The translations under genes were made by a program, and so were the position numbers. The notes beneath the pieces are model-generated. The model did no database searches. It saw only the letters and a list, made by a program, of their open reading frames with translations, and was not told the DNA's origin. Positions 41,855 through 51,849 of a stretch of DNA of 64,000 nucleotides are shown here, in pieces. Source of the stretch: Candidatus Deferrimicrobiaceae bacterium (lineage in GTDB: Bacteria > Desulfobacterota > Deferrimicrobia > Deferrimicrobiales > Deferrimicrobiaceae); contig CAWBVY010000006.1 in the NCBI GenBank assembly GCA_963792415.1, positions 32,001 to 96,000 on the forward strand, in the 5' to 3' direction. Position 1 is the stretch's first letter, and the number at the start of each line of letters is the position of its first letter.

Positions 41855-43704
41855 CTAGAAATTCCCCTGGAGTCTGTACATCTCCTGGGCCTTCTCGAGC
41901 ATCGACTCCACCAGCGACTCATCGGCCGTGTTGAACCCGTCCACCTCGGTTTCCCGGGCGGCGCAGAAAAACCCGTATGCCCCGCCCTCCTTCAGATACA
42001 AGACGAACTCCCGGTCTTTCAGCAGTTCATCCTCCGCCGCGACATACATCAGGTTTTTCGAGTCGAACCGCGTGCCGGCCGACTGGCCGACGACATAGAC
42101 TTTCCTGCGCGGCGTGCCGGAAGGCGTGAAGGCGAGGAAGATCTGCTTGTAGATCTCGGGGGTCGGCCCCGCGGCGATAACGATCCCGGGCTCCTCCGGG
42201 GCCGAGGCGACATCCTGGGCCACCGCCTCGAGGATCCGCAGCCAGGTTTCGCGAGGGACGGAGAGGTTGGCGTTCCGTCCGAGGTCCTTGCGGAAACGCA
42301 GGAAGTACGGTACTTCCTCCCCCTTTCTCAAGAGGTCGTAGTACTCCCTCTTCCCGACGAGTATTTCGAAGGCTTCCCAGAAGGGGCGTTCGGCGAGGTG
42401 CATTCGATGCAGCGGACCCTTCTGCTGCCGCACGAATTTCTCCTCGGCAACGCGCAGCAATTCGTGAAATTCCTGGCCGTCCCTCGGGGAGGTCGCGGAC
42501 ATGAAGAACGGCTGAAGGAAAAACTCCGTCCCGAGGAACTGGATCCCGCACTTTTCCTTTACCGCCTTCCGAAGCCGTCGAATGGCGAGCAAGGTTCCGA
42601 AGGAGTCTGTTTCGGGAAGGACAACGCAAAAACGGTTCCCCTCCTCCCGCGCGACGAGATCCGAATCGCGCACCGTACGACGGACCGTGTCGACCATCGA
42701 TGTCAGCGCTCCCGCGACGATGCTCTCCCGAGTCTGCTCCACAAGGAAGGAGTAGTTCTCGATCGTGAGGAATACGACGGAGAGCGGTCGGTGGAAACGG
42801 GTCGCCTTGTAGCGCTCCTTCTCGAAATAGTCGGCGAGGAACGCCGCGGAGTAGGCGCCGGTCTCCGGATCCCGCAAGGAAACCTTCTCGTTCCGCCCGA
42901 GGCGATCGACCGTGTTCAGGGCGCCGGCGGCGTAATCGGCGATGATCCGGGCCATGTGGATCTCCCGCTCGCCGAAAGGTTTCGCGTCGCCCCGATCCCC
43001 CAGCTTCACCAGGCCGATCGGGTTTCCCTGATGAAGGAGCGGAACGAAGAGGTTCGACCCGCTGCGGACGCCTCTCTCCCCCCCGTGGCGACGAGAAACG
43101 GGTCTCCCTTCCAGACCTCCTCCGCCGTGTCCGACCGCGAAAGGAAGAAGCGGGACCCTTCCCGGTCGATTCCGATCGCGCCGCGAACGGAAGCGATCAG
43201 CATCTCGTCCGGATCGGAGGGCGAAACGAGCCAGATGACGCAACTCGTTCCCCCGAGGGCGTTGATGAACGTCTCCGTTACCTGCGCCAGCAATTTTTCC
43301 TCGTCCTGCGCGGACATCATCCCCAGGCATTGCTGGTACATGGATGCCATCGTGTAGTACTCAAGGCTCTCCGAAAGGAGGCGGTCGGCCACCGGGCCGT
43401 CCGGCCCGCCATGCGAGGGGGAGCCCCAGATGACCCATCGCGCCACCTCGTGGGCCGGCGGCTCATCGCGGTACAGGAACAGGGGGCCCCGGTACCGATT
43501 CGCGTCGGACAGGACGCCGAACATGCCGGCACGCGCGGACTCCACCGGGGCGACGATGGCGGCGTAGCCGGAGAGATCGAGTGTCTCGAGGTCCTCCCCG
43601 GGGTCGCGGAAGTCGAACTCGACGGGATGATCGAGGAGGTTGAGACGCAGCTCCCTGGCGGAGGAAGGCCGTTCCTCGAAGATCAGTATCCGGGAGGTTT
43701 TCAT
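41855..43704 (-). pseudogene. REC-like/GAF/degenerate GGDEF protein, frameshifted at a G7 tract
   Basis: N-part 43704-43006 and C-part ending at 41855 are in different frames; one extra G at the C7 run 43078-43084 joins them into a 616-aa ORF. Confidence 0.7.
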
Positions 43705-43718
43705 CGCGGCGGCAAGTC

Positions 43719-44207
43719 TTACATCTTGTACTTGCTGAACTGCTCCGGGTCCATCTTCTCGAGCAGCTCGGTCCATTTGTCCCTCTCATCGCCTTCGGAC
43801 GCCGCGATGGCGGGGATGGAGGATTGGGCGAGAACCGTTTCGGATATCAGTATGGGCGCTCCGCAGCGAAGGGCGAGCGCGATGGCGTCGCTGGGACGGG
43901 CGTCGATGTGCACGCTCTCCCCGTCACCCTCGATGTGAAGGAGGGCGAAGTACGTGCTCTCGCGGATCTCGGCGATCTCGACGCTCCGGAGTCGCGTTCC
44001 GGTGGCGTGGAGGATCGACTTCATCAGGTCATGCGTCATCGGGCGCGGAAGTTCCGTCCCCTCGAGCACCAGCGCGATCGCGTTGGCTTCGAGCAGGCCG
44101 ATCCAGATCGGGACCACGTTGCCGGACTCCGGTTCCCGGAGAACCACGATCGGGGATTTCGTCACGGGGTCGACCGTGACGCCGGCCACTGTAACCTCTT
44201 TAGGCAT
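43719..44207 (-). CDS. Bifunctional nuclease family (DUF151) protein
   Basis: PIWIGLLEA, PRPMTHDL, IDARPSDAIALALR. Confidence 0.92.
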   Translation of the reverse strand: MPKEVTVAGVTVDPVTKSPIVVLREPESGNVVPIWIGLLEANAIALVLEGTELPRPMTHDLMKSILHATGTRLRSVEIAEIRESTYFALLHIEGDGESVHIDARPSDAIALALRCGAPILISETVLAQSSIPAIAASEGDERDKWTELLEKMDPEQFSKYKM

Positions 44208-45519
44208 CGGAGGACCTCTCTTTCCCGACAAGGGAGTGGGTTCCCGCGCCGGTAACGAGGACGGATCGGATCGCCCCGTCTCCGCTCCCGGGAGTGAAGT
44301 TCACCGTCTTGTTGCAGGCGGTTCGGCCACAACGCATTCCCGGGTCTCTCGCGCTCGTTCCCTCGACGAGAACCGTGACCTCCCGACCGACCTGCGTCGT
44401 GAGACGCTCCCTGGTGTGCACCGCCTGAAGCTCCTGCAGTCGCCGCAGCCGCCCGGCCGCCTCTTTCGGGTCGACCTTCCCCTTCATCTCCGCCGCCCGG
44501 GTCCCGGGCCGGGGGGAAAAGCGGAACGAGAACGAGGAGTCGAAACGAACCTCCCGCATGGCGGAAAGGGTCTCCCGGAAATCGTCCTCCGTCTCCCCCG
44601 GGAAGCCGACGATGAAGTCGGAAGAGAAAGCGATGCCCGGGCGGACTTTCCGCAACGAATCGATTTTGGCGAGATACTCCCCGCGCGTGTAGCCCCGTCC
44701 CATGGCTTCAAGAACACGGTCGGAGCCGGATTGCAGAGGGAGGTGGACGTGCGGGCAAAGCGTCTCCACCTCCCCGAAGAGCCGGATCGTCCGGTCGTCG
44801 AGGTCCCTCGGATGGGAGGTGATGAACCGGATCCGGCGTATTCGCTCGATCGCGGAGATCCGCCGCAGAAGTTCCGGGAACGGGATCTCCCCTTCCTTTT
44901 TCCCATAGGAGTTGACGTTCTGCCCCAGCAGGACGACTTCCATCACTCCGCGCCCGGCGAGAACGCGGACCTCGGAAAGGATGTCCCCGGCCGGCCGGCT
45001 CACCTCCCGCCCCCGAACCAGGGGGACGACGCAGTAGGCGCAGAAATTGTCGCATCCCTGCATGATGGCGACCATCGCCGATACCGCGCCGGCGGGAAGG
45101 TGCGGAAGAACGTCCCAGTGCGTCATCTCCTCATCCATCCCGAGGGCCAGCGTCGGGAGGCGGCGTTCCGCTCTCCGGACCATCTCGGGAAGGTTCGCGA
45201 TATTGTGGGTTCCGAAGACGATGTCGACATGGGGGGCCCGCTTCCGGAGCTCCTCCCCGTCCTGCTGGGCGAGACAACCCCCGACTCCGACGAGCCGTCC
45301 CGGGCGGCGCAGCTTCCAGCGGCGCAACGTCCCGAGATCGCTGTAGATCTTCTGGTCGGCTTTCTCGCGGATGCTGCAGGTGTTGAGGAGGACGAGGTCC
45401 GCCTCCTCGAGGGAGGGGGCGGCAAGGTACTCCGCCGAGGACATGAGCGAGAGCATCCTCGCCGAGTCTACCGCGTTCATCTGGCACCCGAACGTCTTGA
45501 TGAAGACACTTCGCCGCAT
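44200..45519 (-). CDS. miaB: tRNA-i6A37 methylthiotransferase
   Basis: TFGCQMN, NTCSIREKA, GCDNFCAYC, LLGQNVNSY, TSHPRD, TRAM domain. Confidence 0.95.
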   Translation of the reverse strand: MRRSVFIKTFGCQMNAVDSARMLSLMSSAEYLAAPSLEEADLVLLNTCSIREKADQKIYSDLGTLRRWKLRRPGRLVGVGGCLAQQDGEELRKRAPHVDIVFGTHNIANLPEMVRRAERRLPTLALGMDEEMTHWDVLPHLPAGAVSAMVAIMQGCDNFCAYCVVPLVRGREVSRPAGDILSEVRVLAGRGVMEVVLLGQNVNSYGKKEGEIPFPELLRRISAIERIRRIRFITSHPRDLDDRTIRLFGEVETLCPHVHLPLQSGSDRVLEAMGRGYTRGEYLAKIDSLRKVRPGIAFSSDFIVGFPGETEDDFRETLSAMREVRFDSSFSFRFSPRPGTRAAEMKGKVDPKEAAGRLRRLQELQAVHTRERLTTQVGREVTVLVEGTSARDPGMRCGRTACNKTVNFTPGSGDGAIRSVLVTGAGTHSLVGKERSSDA

Positions 45520-45545
45520 GGGTCCAGATTATAGCATCTGCCCGC

Positions 45546-46352
45546 TCAGGCGATCGCGGTCATCTTCTCCCCGCGGATGATGAAGCGGTCGGGGTCGATC
45601 TCCTTCCGCAGCACGCGAAGTTCGTCGTCCGTCGGCGGCGCGATCTCGCCGATCTCGGGCGCCAGAAGAGGCCGAAAGGCCATATCCTTCACGACCTCTT
45701 CGACCGGAATCCCCCGGAGGACCGAGAGGAGGGTCATCTTCCGGGACTCCTTGTCGAAGCCGAACAGCGCCTTCGAGGTGACCACGCGATGGGGACCCGT
45801 GCCGCGGGGCAGCCCCGCCTTCTCGCGGGCCCCCGGCCCGTCGAGGTACCCGGGCGAGGTGAGGAAATCGAGCTTCGGGACGAACCGGCGCCCTTCGTGC
45901 TTGATGACGATGATCGTCTTCCAGCAGTGCGAGGCCACCTGGTTTCCGCCTCCACTCCCGGCGAACCTGCGCGTGGGCCTGGCAAACGTGCCGCCGAGGA
46001 AGGTCGAGTTGATGTTTCCATACGGATCGACCTGGAGCGCCCCGAGCATTCCGTAATCCATATAGCCCGTGGCGGAGTACGAGAAGGCCCAGTTCATGTT
46101 GAGCCACTGGAGCGATCGGTAGGTGTTCTGCGGCCCCCCCATCGTTCCCCGGACGAACGGAAGGACGGATTGCGGCCCGATCGCCCCGAACTCGAAGAGC
46201 TGGGTCACGTTGGGGACGTACAGCTTCTGCGCCAGCATGGCGACCACTTGCGGGATCCCCCACCCGACGAAAATCGTCTTGCCGTCCTCGATGAGACGGG
46301 CGCCCTGGGCGATCATGAACTCCGTGTCGGTGAATTCGATCGTGCGCGGCAT
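45546..46352 (-). CDS. CoA-transferase beta subunit (glutaconate CoA-transferase-like)
   Basis: FVGWGIP, LFEFG (Glu retained), QVDPYGNINST, GSGGG, DFLTSPG. Confidence 0.85.
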   Translation of the reverse strand: MPRTIEFTDTEFMIAQGARLIEDGKTIFVGWGIPQVVAMLAQKLYVPNVTQLFEFGAIGPQSVLPFVRGTMGGPQNTYRSLQWLNMNWAFSYSATGYMDYGMLGALQVDPYGNINSTFLGGTFARPTRRFAGSGGGNQVASHCWKTIIVIKHEGRRFVPKLDFLTSPGYLDGPGAREKAGLPRGTGPHRVVTSKALFGFDKESRKMTLLSVLRGIPVEEVVKDMAFRPLLAPEIGEIAPPTDDELRVLRKEIDPDRFIIRGEKMTAIA

Positions 46353-47330
46353 TCAGCGGTAGCCCTCGGTTATCGTGGCGCGGCGGCGCAGTTCCCGCAT
46401 CCTCTTCGCCCCGACCCGCCGGTCGAGAAACTCCTCATGGTCGCCGACCGAGTAGATGTTCTCCTCGAGATATTCGCCCATCTGGTCATCCGTGCGGATG
46501 GCGTTCAGCCGGTCGACGTGTTCGAGATCGATCTCGTAGCGGGCCGGCATCGCGCCGGGATATGCGCCGAAGGGGGCGTGGACCACCGCGTCGACCAGGA
46601 AGTACGGGAGCGTGGTCCGCATCGGATCCTTCCGGAACTCGTCGGTTTCGACGATCTCCTCGGCCGAGACGATCACGCGGAAGGAGGCGAGCGCCGCCTC
46701 GAGGGCGAACAGGTTCGTCCCGAAGATTCTCGCGTTGCCGAGCACGTCCGCCTGGTGGACATGGAGGAACGCGACGTCGGGGTTCAAGGCGGGAACGAGG
46801 CAGACCGGATTCCCCGTGTACGGATCCGTGATCGTCTTCGCCGCCGAGACCTTCAGGTTGTCGGAGCCGAGCATGTCCCTGGTGGGAAGGAACGGAACTC
46901 CGCGCGCGCCCGCGAGGAGCCGGAGGGCAAGCCCTCCGTTCGTCCATTCGTACGCCTTGACGCGACCGTCGCAGACCGCCTGGCCGATGTAATTTCCGTA
47001 CCCGAGAAAGCCGACGTCGATCCGGGTGGCGCATCCGGCCCCCACCAGCAGGGGAGACTCGTGAAGCGTGAATTCGGCACCGATCCAGAGCTCCTTCTTC
47101 CGTTGCCGGATCACCTCCCGGATCAACGATTGGGGGCCGCGGGTGAGACTTGAGAAATCGTATACGATGTAATCCCCGTCCGACACGAACGCGGCCACCG
47201 CCTCCTTCGCGGTGAACAGTTTCGGGACGGGGTTTCGGCCTTTCCGATCGCGGACATGCTCCCGGAAATCGTCGGGGTGGGTGAACCGGTACTCCACTTC
47301 CCCCTCCCTCCGGATCCGTTCGACCGTCAT
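46353..47330 (-). CDS. CoA-transferase alpha subunit (glutaconate CoA-transferase-like)
   Basis: EAVAAFVSDGD, REVIRQ, GVPFLP..MLGSD, PDVAFLHVHQAD..GN, PFGAYP. Confidence 0.85.
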   Translation of the reverse strand: MTVERIRREGEVEYRFTHPDDFREHVRDRKGRNPVPKLFTAKEAVAAFVSDGDYIVYDFSSLTRGPQSLIREVIRQRKKELWIGAEFTLHESPLLVGAGCATRIDVGFLGYGNYIGQAVCDGRVKAYEWTNGGLALRLLAGARGVPFLPTRDMLGSDNLKVSAAKTITDPYTGNPVCLVPALNPDVAFLHVHQADVLGNARIFGTNLFALEAALASFRVIVSAEEIVETDEFRKDPMRTTLPYFLVDAVVHAPFGAYPGAMPARYEIDLEHVDRLNAIRTDDQMGEYLEENIYSVGDHEEFLDRRVGAKRMRELRRRATITEGYR

Positions 47331-48328
47331 CGGGGGTTCCCCTTTCCCTTGCCCGAATCCTTCTTTCCGCCGTTCAGGAAATGGAACGCGAAGCTGTGGT
47401 TGACCACCTTTTCCGAAATGGAGTACGGATCGATCCGCTTTTTCGCCATCTCGGCGAGCAGTGGATCGAGGAGCCCGTGGGCGTCGAGATCCGACACGGC
47501 TTTTTCGATCAGGCGGGTCTTGAGGATCTCCACCAGTTCGACCCGCGCCTTTTCGCGGCGATACCGGGAGAGGTTCCCCTCCTGGTAGATGTATTCCCGG
47601 TGCCGGTCGACGGCTTCCAGGAGTTCCAGCGTCCCCTGGTCGGTCGCGGCGACCGCGGGGAGGACGGGAGGCTTCCATTCGCCCTCCTCGAAGCTGCTCA
47701 TCGAAACCATCGTCTCGATCTCCTGCTTCGCCTTGTCGGCTCCGTCCCGGTCCGCCTTGTTGATGACGAAGATGTCGGCGATCTCGAGAATCCCCGCCTT
47801 GATCGCCTGGATGTCGTCCCCCAGCCCCGGAACGACGAGCACGAGGTTGGTGTGGGCCACCTTGACGATCTCCACCTCGTCCTGCCCCACGCCGACCGTC
47901 TCGATCAGGATGATGTCCTTCCCCATCGCATCCATGACGTTCACGATGTCGATGGTCGAACGGGAAAGACCCCCCAGATGCCCCCGGGTGGCGAGGCTCT
48001 TTATGAACACGCCCTCGTCGAGCGCGTGCTCCTGCATCCGGATCCGGTCGCCGAGGATGGCGCCGCCGGAATACGGGCTCGTCGGGTCGATGGCGACGAT
48101 ACCGATCGACTTCCCCCGCTTCCGGAGATGCGTGGTGATCCGGTTGACGAGGGTCGATTTTCCGGCGCCCGGCGCTCCCGTTACGCCGAGGATGTAGGCG
48201 CGCCCCGTATGCCGGTACAGTTGCTTCAGGGTCCGGATGGCCGCCGGGATCTCGTCGTCGAGGTCCCGCATCAGCCGCGCCGCGGCCCGGGTGTTTCCGG
48301 CGAGGATCTCCCTTCCGGCGGCGTTCAC
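47327..48328 (-). CDS. meaB: MeaB/ArgK GTPase, B12-mutase chaperone
   Basis: GVTGAPGAGKST, IDPTSP..GGAILGDRIRM, ETVGVGQ, KAGILE. Confidence 0.92.
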   Translation of the reverse strand: MNAAGREILAGNTRAAARLMRDLDDEIPAAIRTLKQLYRHTGRAYILGVTGAPGAGKSTLVNRITTHLRKRGKSIGIVAIDPTSPYSGGAILGDRIRMQEHALDEGVFIKSLATRGHLGGLSRSTIDIVNVMDAMGKDIILIETVGVGQDEVEIVKVAHTNLVLVVPGLGDDIQAIKAGILEIADIFVINKADRDGADKAKQEIETMVSMSSFEEGEWKPPVLPAVAATDQGTLELLEAVDRHREYIYQEGNLSRYRREKARVELVEILKTRLIEKAVSDLDAHGLLDPLLAEMAKKRIDPYSISEKVVNHSFAFHFLNGGKKDSGKGKGNPR

Positions 48329-48333
48329 GGCGG

Positions 48334-49479
48334 TCAGTGACTCCGGATCAGGTCGCGGGCGATGATGATCCGCTGGATTTCAGAGGTCCCTTCCCCGATC
48401 TCGCACAGTTTCGCGTCCCGCATGTACCGCTCCGCGGGATACTCCTGCGTGTACCCGTACCCGCCGAACACCTGGACCGCCTTGATCGTCGCCCGCATCG
48501 CAGCCTCGGATGCGAACAGTTTGGCCATCGCCGCTTCGCGGGTGTATGGGCGCCCGGCGTCCTTGAGGAAAGCCGCCCGGAAGGTCATCAGCTCGGCGGC
48601 CTCGAGCTCGGTCCCCATGTCCGCGAACATCCACTGGATCGCCTGGAACTCCGAGACCGGGTGCCCGAACTGCACGCGCTCCTTCGAATAGGCCAGCGCC
48701 TCGCGCATCGCCCCGAGGCCGATTCCCACCGAGAGGGCGGCGATCGAGATCCGCCCCCCGGCCAGGTTTTTCATCGTGTCCCGGAATCCGGAGTTCACCT
48801 GCCCCACCACGGCGTCGGGACCCACCTCGACGTCTTCGAAGAACAGCTCGGCGGTGTCGGAGCAGCGCATCCCGAGCTTGTGGAGCTTTCTCCCGACCGA
48901 GAGTCCTTTCGTGCCGGCCGGAAAGACGAAGGCGGTGACGCCGTCCTTCCCCTTCTCCCTGTCCGTGACGGCGAGGACCACGTACACGCCTGCGACGTTG
49001 CCCTGGGTGATGAACATCTTGCTCCCGTTGATCACCCAGCGGTCCTTCTTCCATACCGCCTTCGTCCGCATCCCGAGGGAGTCGGAACCGGAACCGGCCT
49101 CGGTAAGGGCCCAGGCCCCGAGGGCTCTTCCGGACGCCAGTTCGGGAAGGTATTTCCGCTTCACCGATTCCGATCCGAATCCGAGGATGTGCGCGGTGCA
49201 AAGGGAGTTGTGGGACGCCACCGTCAGGCCGAGCGAGCCGTCCCCCTTCGAGATCTCTTCCACCGCGACGGCGTAGCTGACCGCGTCCATTCCGGATCCG
49301 CCGTACTCCTCGGGGACCATCGCTCCGAGGAGGCCGAGCTCGCCGAGTTTCTCGACCGTCTGTAGAGGGAACTCCGCCGAGGCATCCCACTCCCCCGCCT
49401 TCGGCCGGACCTCCTTCGCGACGAACGTCCGCAGCATGTCCCGCAGCGCCTGCTGCTCGTCGTTCAGGAGGAACTCCAT
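48334..49479 (-). CDS. Acyl-CoA dehydrogenase
   Basis: [34 protein letters not shown]. Confidence 0.93.
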   Translation of the reverse strand: MEFLLNDEQQALRDMLRTFVAKEVRPKAGEWDASAEFPLQTVEKLGELGLLGAMVPEEYGGSGMDAVSYAVAVEEISKGDGSLGLTVASHNSLCTAHILGFGSESVKRKYLPELASGRALGAWALTEAGSGSDSLGMRTKAVWKKDRWVINGSKMFITQGNVAGVYVVLAVTDREKGKDGVTAFVFPAGTKGLSVGRKLHKLGMRCSDTAELFFEDVEVGPDAVVGQVNSGFRDTMKNLAGGRISIAALSVGIGLGAMREALAYSKERVQFGHPVSEFQAIQWMFADMGTELEAAELMTFRAAFLKDAGRPYTREAAMAKLFASEAAMRATIKAVQVFGGYGYTQEYPAERYMRDAKLCEIGEGTSEIQRIIIARDLIRSH

Positions 49480-49483
49480 CCCG

Positions 49484-50032
49484 CTACTCCGAAGGCACGA
49501 AATAGACATCGGTCGGCTTCAGCTGGGAATTGCGTCGGAACTTCGCCTTCACCTTCATTCCGATCCTTATTTCCTCCGGAAGCGAAGGCCCGAGCAGGCG
49601 GGAGAGGAAGAGCGTGTCGACCCCGTCGAATTCCACCAGCACGAGGTGAAAGGGGGTCTCCTTGAGGAACTCCTCTCCCCCGAAATAGCAGGTGGTGAAG
49701 GTGTGGACCCGCCCCGACTGCGGAAGTTCGACCCACACGGTCTCCCGCCCGCATTGGGCGCACGCCAGGCGCGGGGTTGCGTAGGTGTAGTCGCACTTCC
49801 GGCATTTCGTGCCGAGGAGTTTCCCGTTCGAAAGCCCGGCGAAGAAGGGGGAGTCCTGCCCGTAGGAATGGATGTAGTCGATGTTGTACGGCTGTTTGAT
49901 GACGATGGGGGACATCCCCTTGAGCGTCTTGAGGTCCGCGGGCAGCGGGACGTTGAACACCGTCGTTCCGGTCATCAGTTCCTCGAATTTCGAAGAGGCC
50001 GCGGGCCGCTTCACCGGGTTCTTCCTCTCCAT
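49484..50032 (-). CDS. DUF35 Zn-ribbon/OB-fold protein (thiolase partner)
   Basis: GTKCRKC...[22 protein letters not shown]. Confidence 0.88.
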   Translation of the reverse strand: MERKNPVKRPAASSKFEELMTGTTVFNVPLPADLKTLKGMSPIVIKQPYNIDYIHSYGQDSPFFAGLSNGKLLGTKCRKCDYTYATPRLACAQCGRETVWVELPQSGRVHTFTTCYFGGEEFLKETPFHLVLVEFDGVDTLFLSRLLGPSLPEEIRIGMKVKAKFRRNSQLKPTDVYFVPSE

Positions 50033-50034
50033 GG

Positions 50035-51321
50035 TCACCACCCCCGTTCCATGATGGACACGGTGACGTAGGTCCCCGTGCCCGCGTGGCTGTGGATCAA
50101 CCCGCGATTGGCTTTCTTGAGCTGCAGTTCCGAGCTGCCGTAATGCCTCTTGATGCTCCCCTGGATCTGCCAGAAGGCGAAGACGGCCTGCATGAGCCCC
50201 GTGGCGCCGACCGGGTGGCCGCAGGCGATCAACCCGCCGGAGGGGTTCACGGGGATCGTCCCCTTTTTCGGGAGCTTCATCCCGTAGTCGATCTGCGGCA
50301 TGAAGGGGTACCCCGCCTCCACGAACTTTCCGCCGTCGCCGTACTTGCACAGGGCGAGGTCCTCGTACGTCTGGATCTCGGAAGAGGTGTAGGCGTCGTG
50401 GAGTTCGACGAAGTCGAGCTGCTTCAGGGGGTCCGTGATCCCGGCCATCTTGTACGCCTGGAGCCCCGCGCTCCGTCCCGCCCGGAAGGAGTGGACGCCG
50501 GGATATTTGAGGTTCCTGTAGTCGCTTTTTCTCTCGTTCGGGGCGAGAATCACCTCGCCGTGCGGCCGGTCCGCCATGCGCATCATGTCGGTCCCCGTCC
50601 CGATGCCGGTGATCCTCACGGGGCGGTCCGTGAGCTTGAACGCCGTCTCCTCGTCGGCGAGGATGCAGGTTGCCGCACCGTCGGACATCACGCAGATGTC
50701 GAGAAGGGTCAGCGGATAGGCGACCATTGCGGAGTTGCGCACGTCGGCGATGGTCAGCTTGCGGCGCTTCTGGGCGTACGGGTTGCCGTAGGCGTTCATG
50801 TGGTTTTTCACCGACACCATCGCGAGCTGTTCCACCGTGGTTCCGAATTCGTGCATGTGCCGGTTCACCATCATCGCGTAGTACCCGGAATAGAATCCGC
50901 CCACCGGGTAGTCGAAGCTCACGTCGGACGCCAGCGCGATGAACTCGTTCCCCTTCCACGTCGGGACGTGGGACATCGTCTCGAAGCCGAAGGCCGCGCA
51001 GACGTTCATGCGTCCCGAGGCGACCGCTTCCCACCCCGCCTGGAAACAGAGACCGCCGGTGGCGCCGCCGCCCTCGACCCGCTTGTTCGGCTTCGGGCAA
51101 AGCCCCAGATAGTCGGTCGCCATGATCCCCGCCATGAGTTGGCGCGTGAAGTGGTCGGAGAAGTAGGAGACCACGGACCCGTCGATCATGGAGTGCTTGA
51201 GCTTCGGAACGTCGTTCATCGCGTAGTCGAACGACTCCTTAACGATCTTCTGGAACGTCGCGTCCGGGCGGGCCTTCGCGAATTTGCTCACGCCGCCGGA
51301 AACCATGTAGACCGGTCTCAC
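50035..51321 (-). CDS. SCP2-type thiolase-fold protein lacking the nucleophilic Cys
   Basis: VKNH.NA..NPYAQ, SDGAA, VELHDAY, NPSGGL..GHPVGATG; VEGGGATGG at the VExACASG site. Confidence 0.88.
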   Translation of the reverse strand: MRPVYMVSGGVSKFAKARPDATFQKIVKESFDYAMNDVPKLKHSMIDGSVVSYFSDHFTRQLMAGIMATDYLGLCPKPNKRVEGGGATGGLCFQAGWEAVASGRMNVCAAFGFETMSHVPTWKGNEFIALASDVSFDYPVGGFYSGYYAMMVNRHMHEFGTTVEQLAMVSVKNHMNAYGNPYAQKRRKLTIADVRNSAMVAYPLTLLDICVMSDGAATCILADEETAFKLTDRPVRITGIGTGTDMMRMADRPHGEVILAPNERKSDYRNLKYPGVHSFRAGRSAGLQAYKMAGITDPLKQLDFVELHDAYTSSEIQTYEDLALCKYGDGGKFVEAGYPFMPQIDYGMKLPKKGTIPVNPSGGLIACGHPVGATGLMQAVFAFWQIQGSIKRHYGSSELQLKKANRGLIHSHAGTGTYVTVSIMERGW

Positions 51322-51376
51322 GTTCGATCCCCCTTGCCGGATGGAATCCCCTTCGCCCCGGGCCGGTCCCGCCTCC

Positions 51377-51823
51377 TCATTTCCGCGGCCGGATCCGTTC
51401 GTTCACGTAGTCGACGATCTGCTGGATCGGGGTCCCCGGCGTGAACACCCGGTCGACCCCCTTCTTCAGAAGCTTCGGGATGTCGTCGTCCGGAATGATC
51501 CCGCCTCCGAAGAGCACCACGTCGCCCATCTTCTTTTCGCGGAGCAGCTGGAGGATCCGCGGAAAGAGGTAGTTGTGCGCCCCGGAGAGGATCGACAGCC
51601 CGATGCCGTCGACGTCCTCCTGCGCCGCCGCGCTCACGATCATTTCGGGCGTCTGGTGCAGCCCCGTGTAGATGACCTCCACTCCGGCATCGCGAAGCGC
51701 GCGCGCGATGATCTTTGCCCCGCGGTCGTGGCCGTCGAGCCCGGGTTTCCCCACGAGGACACGGACTTTGCGGGCCGCCTTCTTCGGGCTTGCCGGCACC
51801 CTTTTTCCCTTTGCCGTCGCCAT
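51377..51823 (-). CDS. icmB: Cobalamin-binding small subunit of acyl-CoA mutase
   Basis: [12 protein letters not shown] (DxHxxG), SILSGAH, GGIIP. Confidence 0.85.
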   Translation of the reverse strand: MATAKGKRVPASPKKAARKVRVLVGKPGLDGHDRGAKIIARALRDAGVEVIYTGLHQTPEMIVSAAAQEDVDGIGLSILSGAHNYLFPRILQLLREKKMGDVVLFGGGIIPDDDIPKLLKKGVDRVFTPGTPIQQIVDYVNERIRPRK

Positions 51824-51849
51824 CGCTCCTCCTTCTCGTTCTTTCGCTC

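Noticed and set aside
45546-47330. AibA/AibB-type decarboxylase
   Set aside because: The beta subunit appears to retain the catalytic Glu (LFEFG), consistent with an ordinary CoA-transferase
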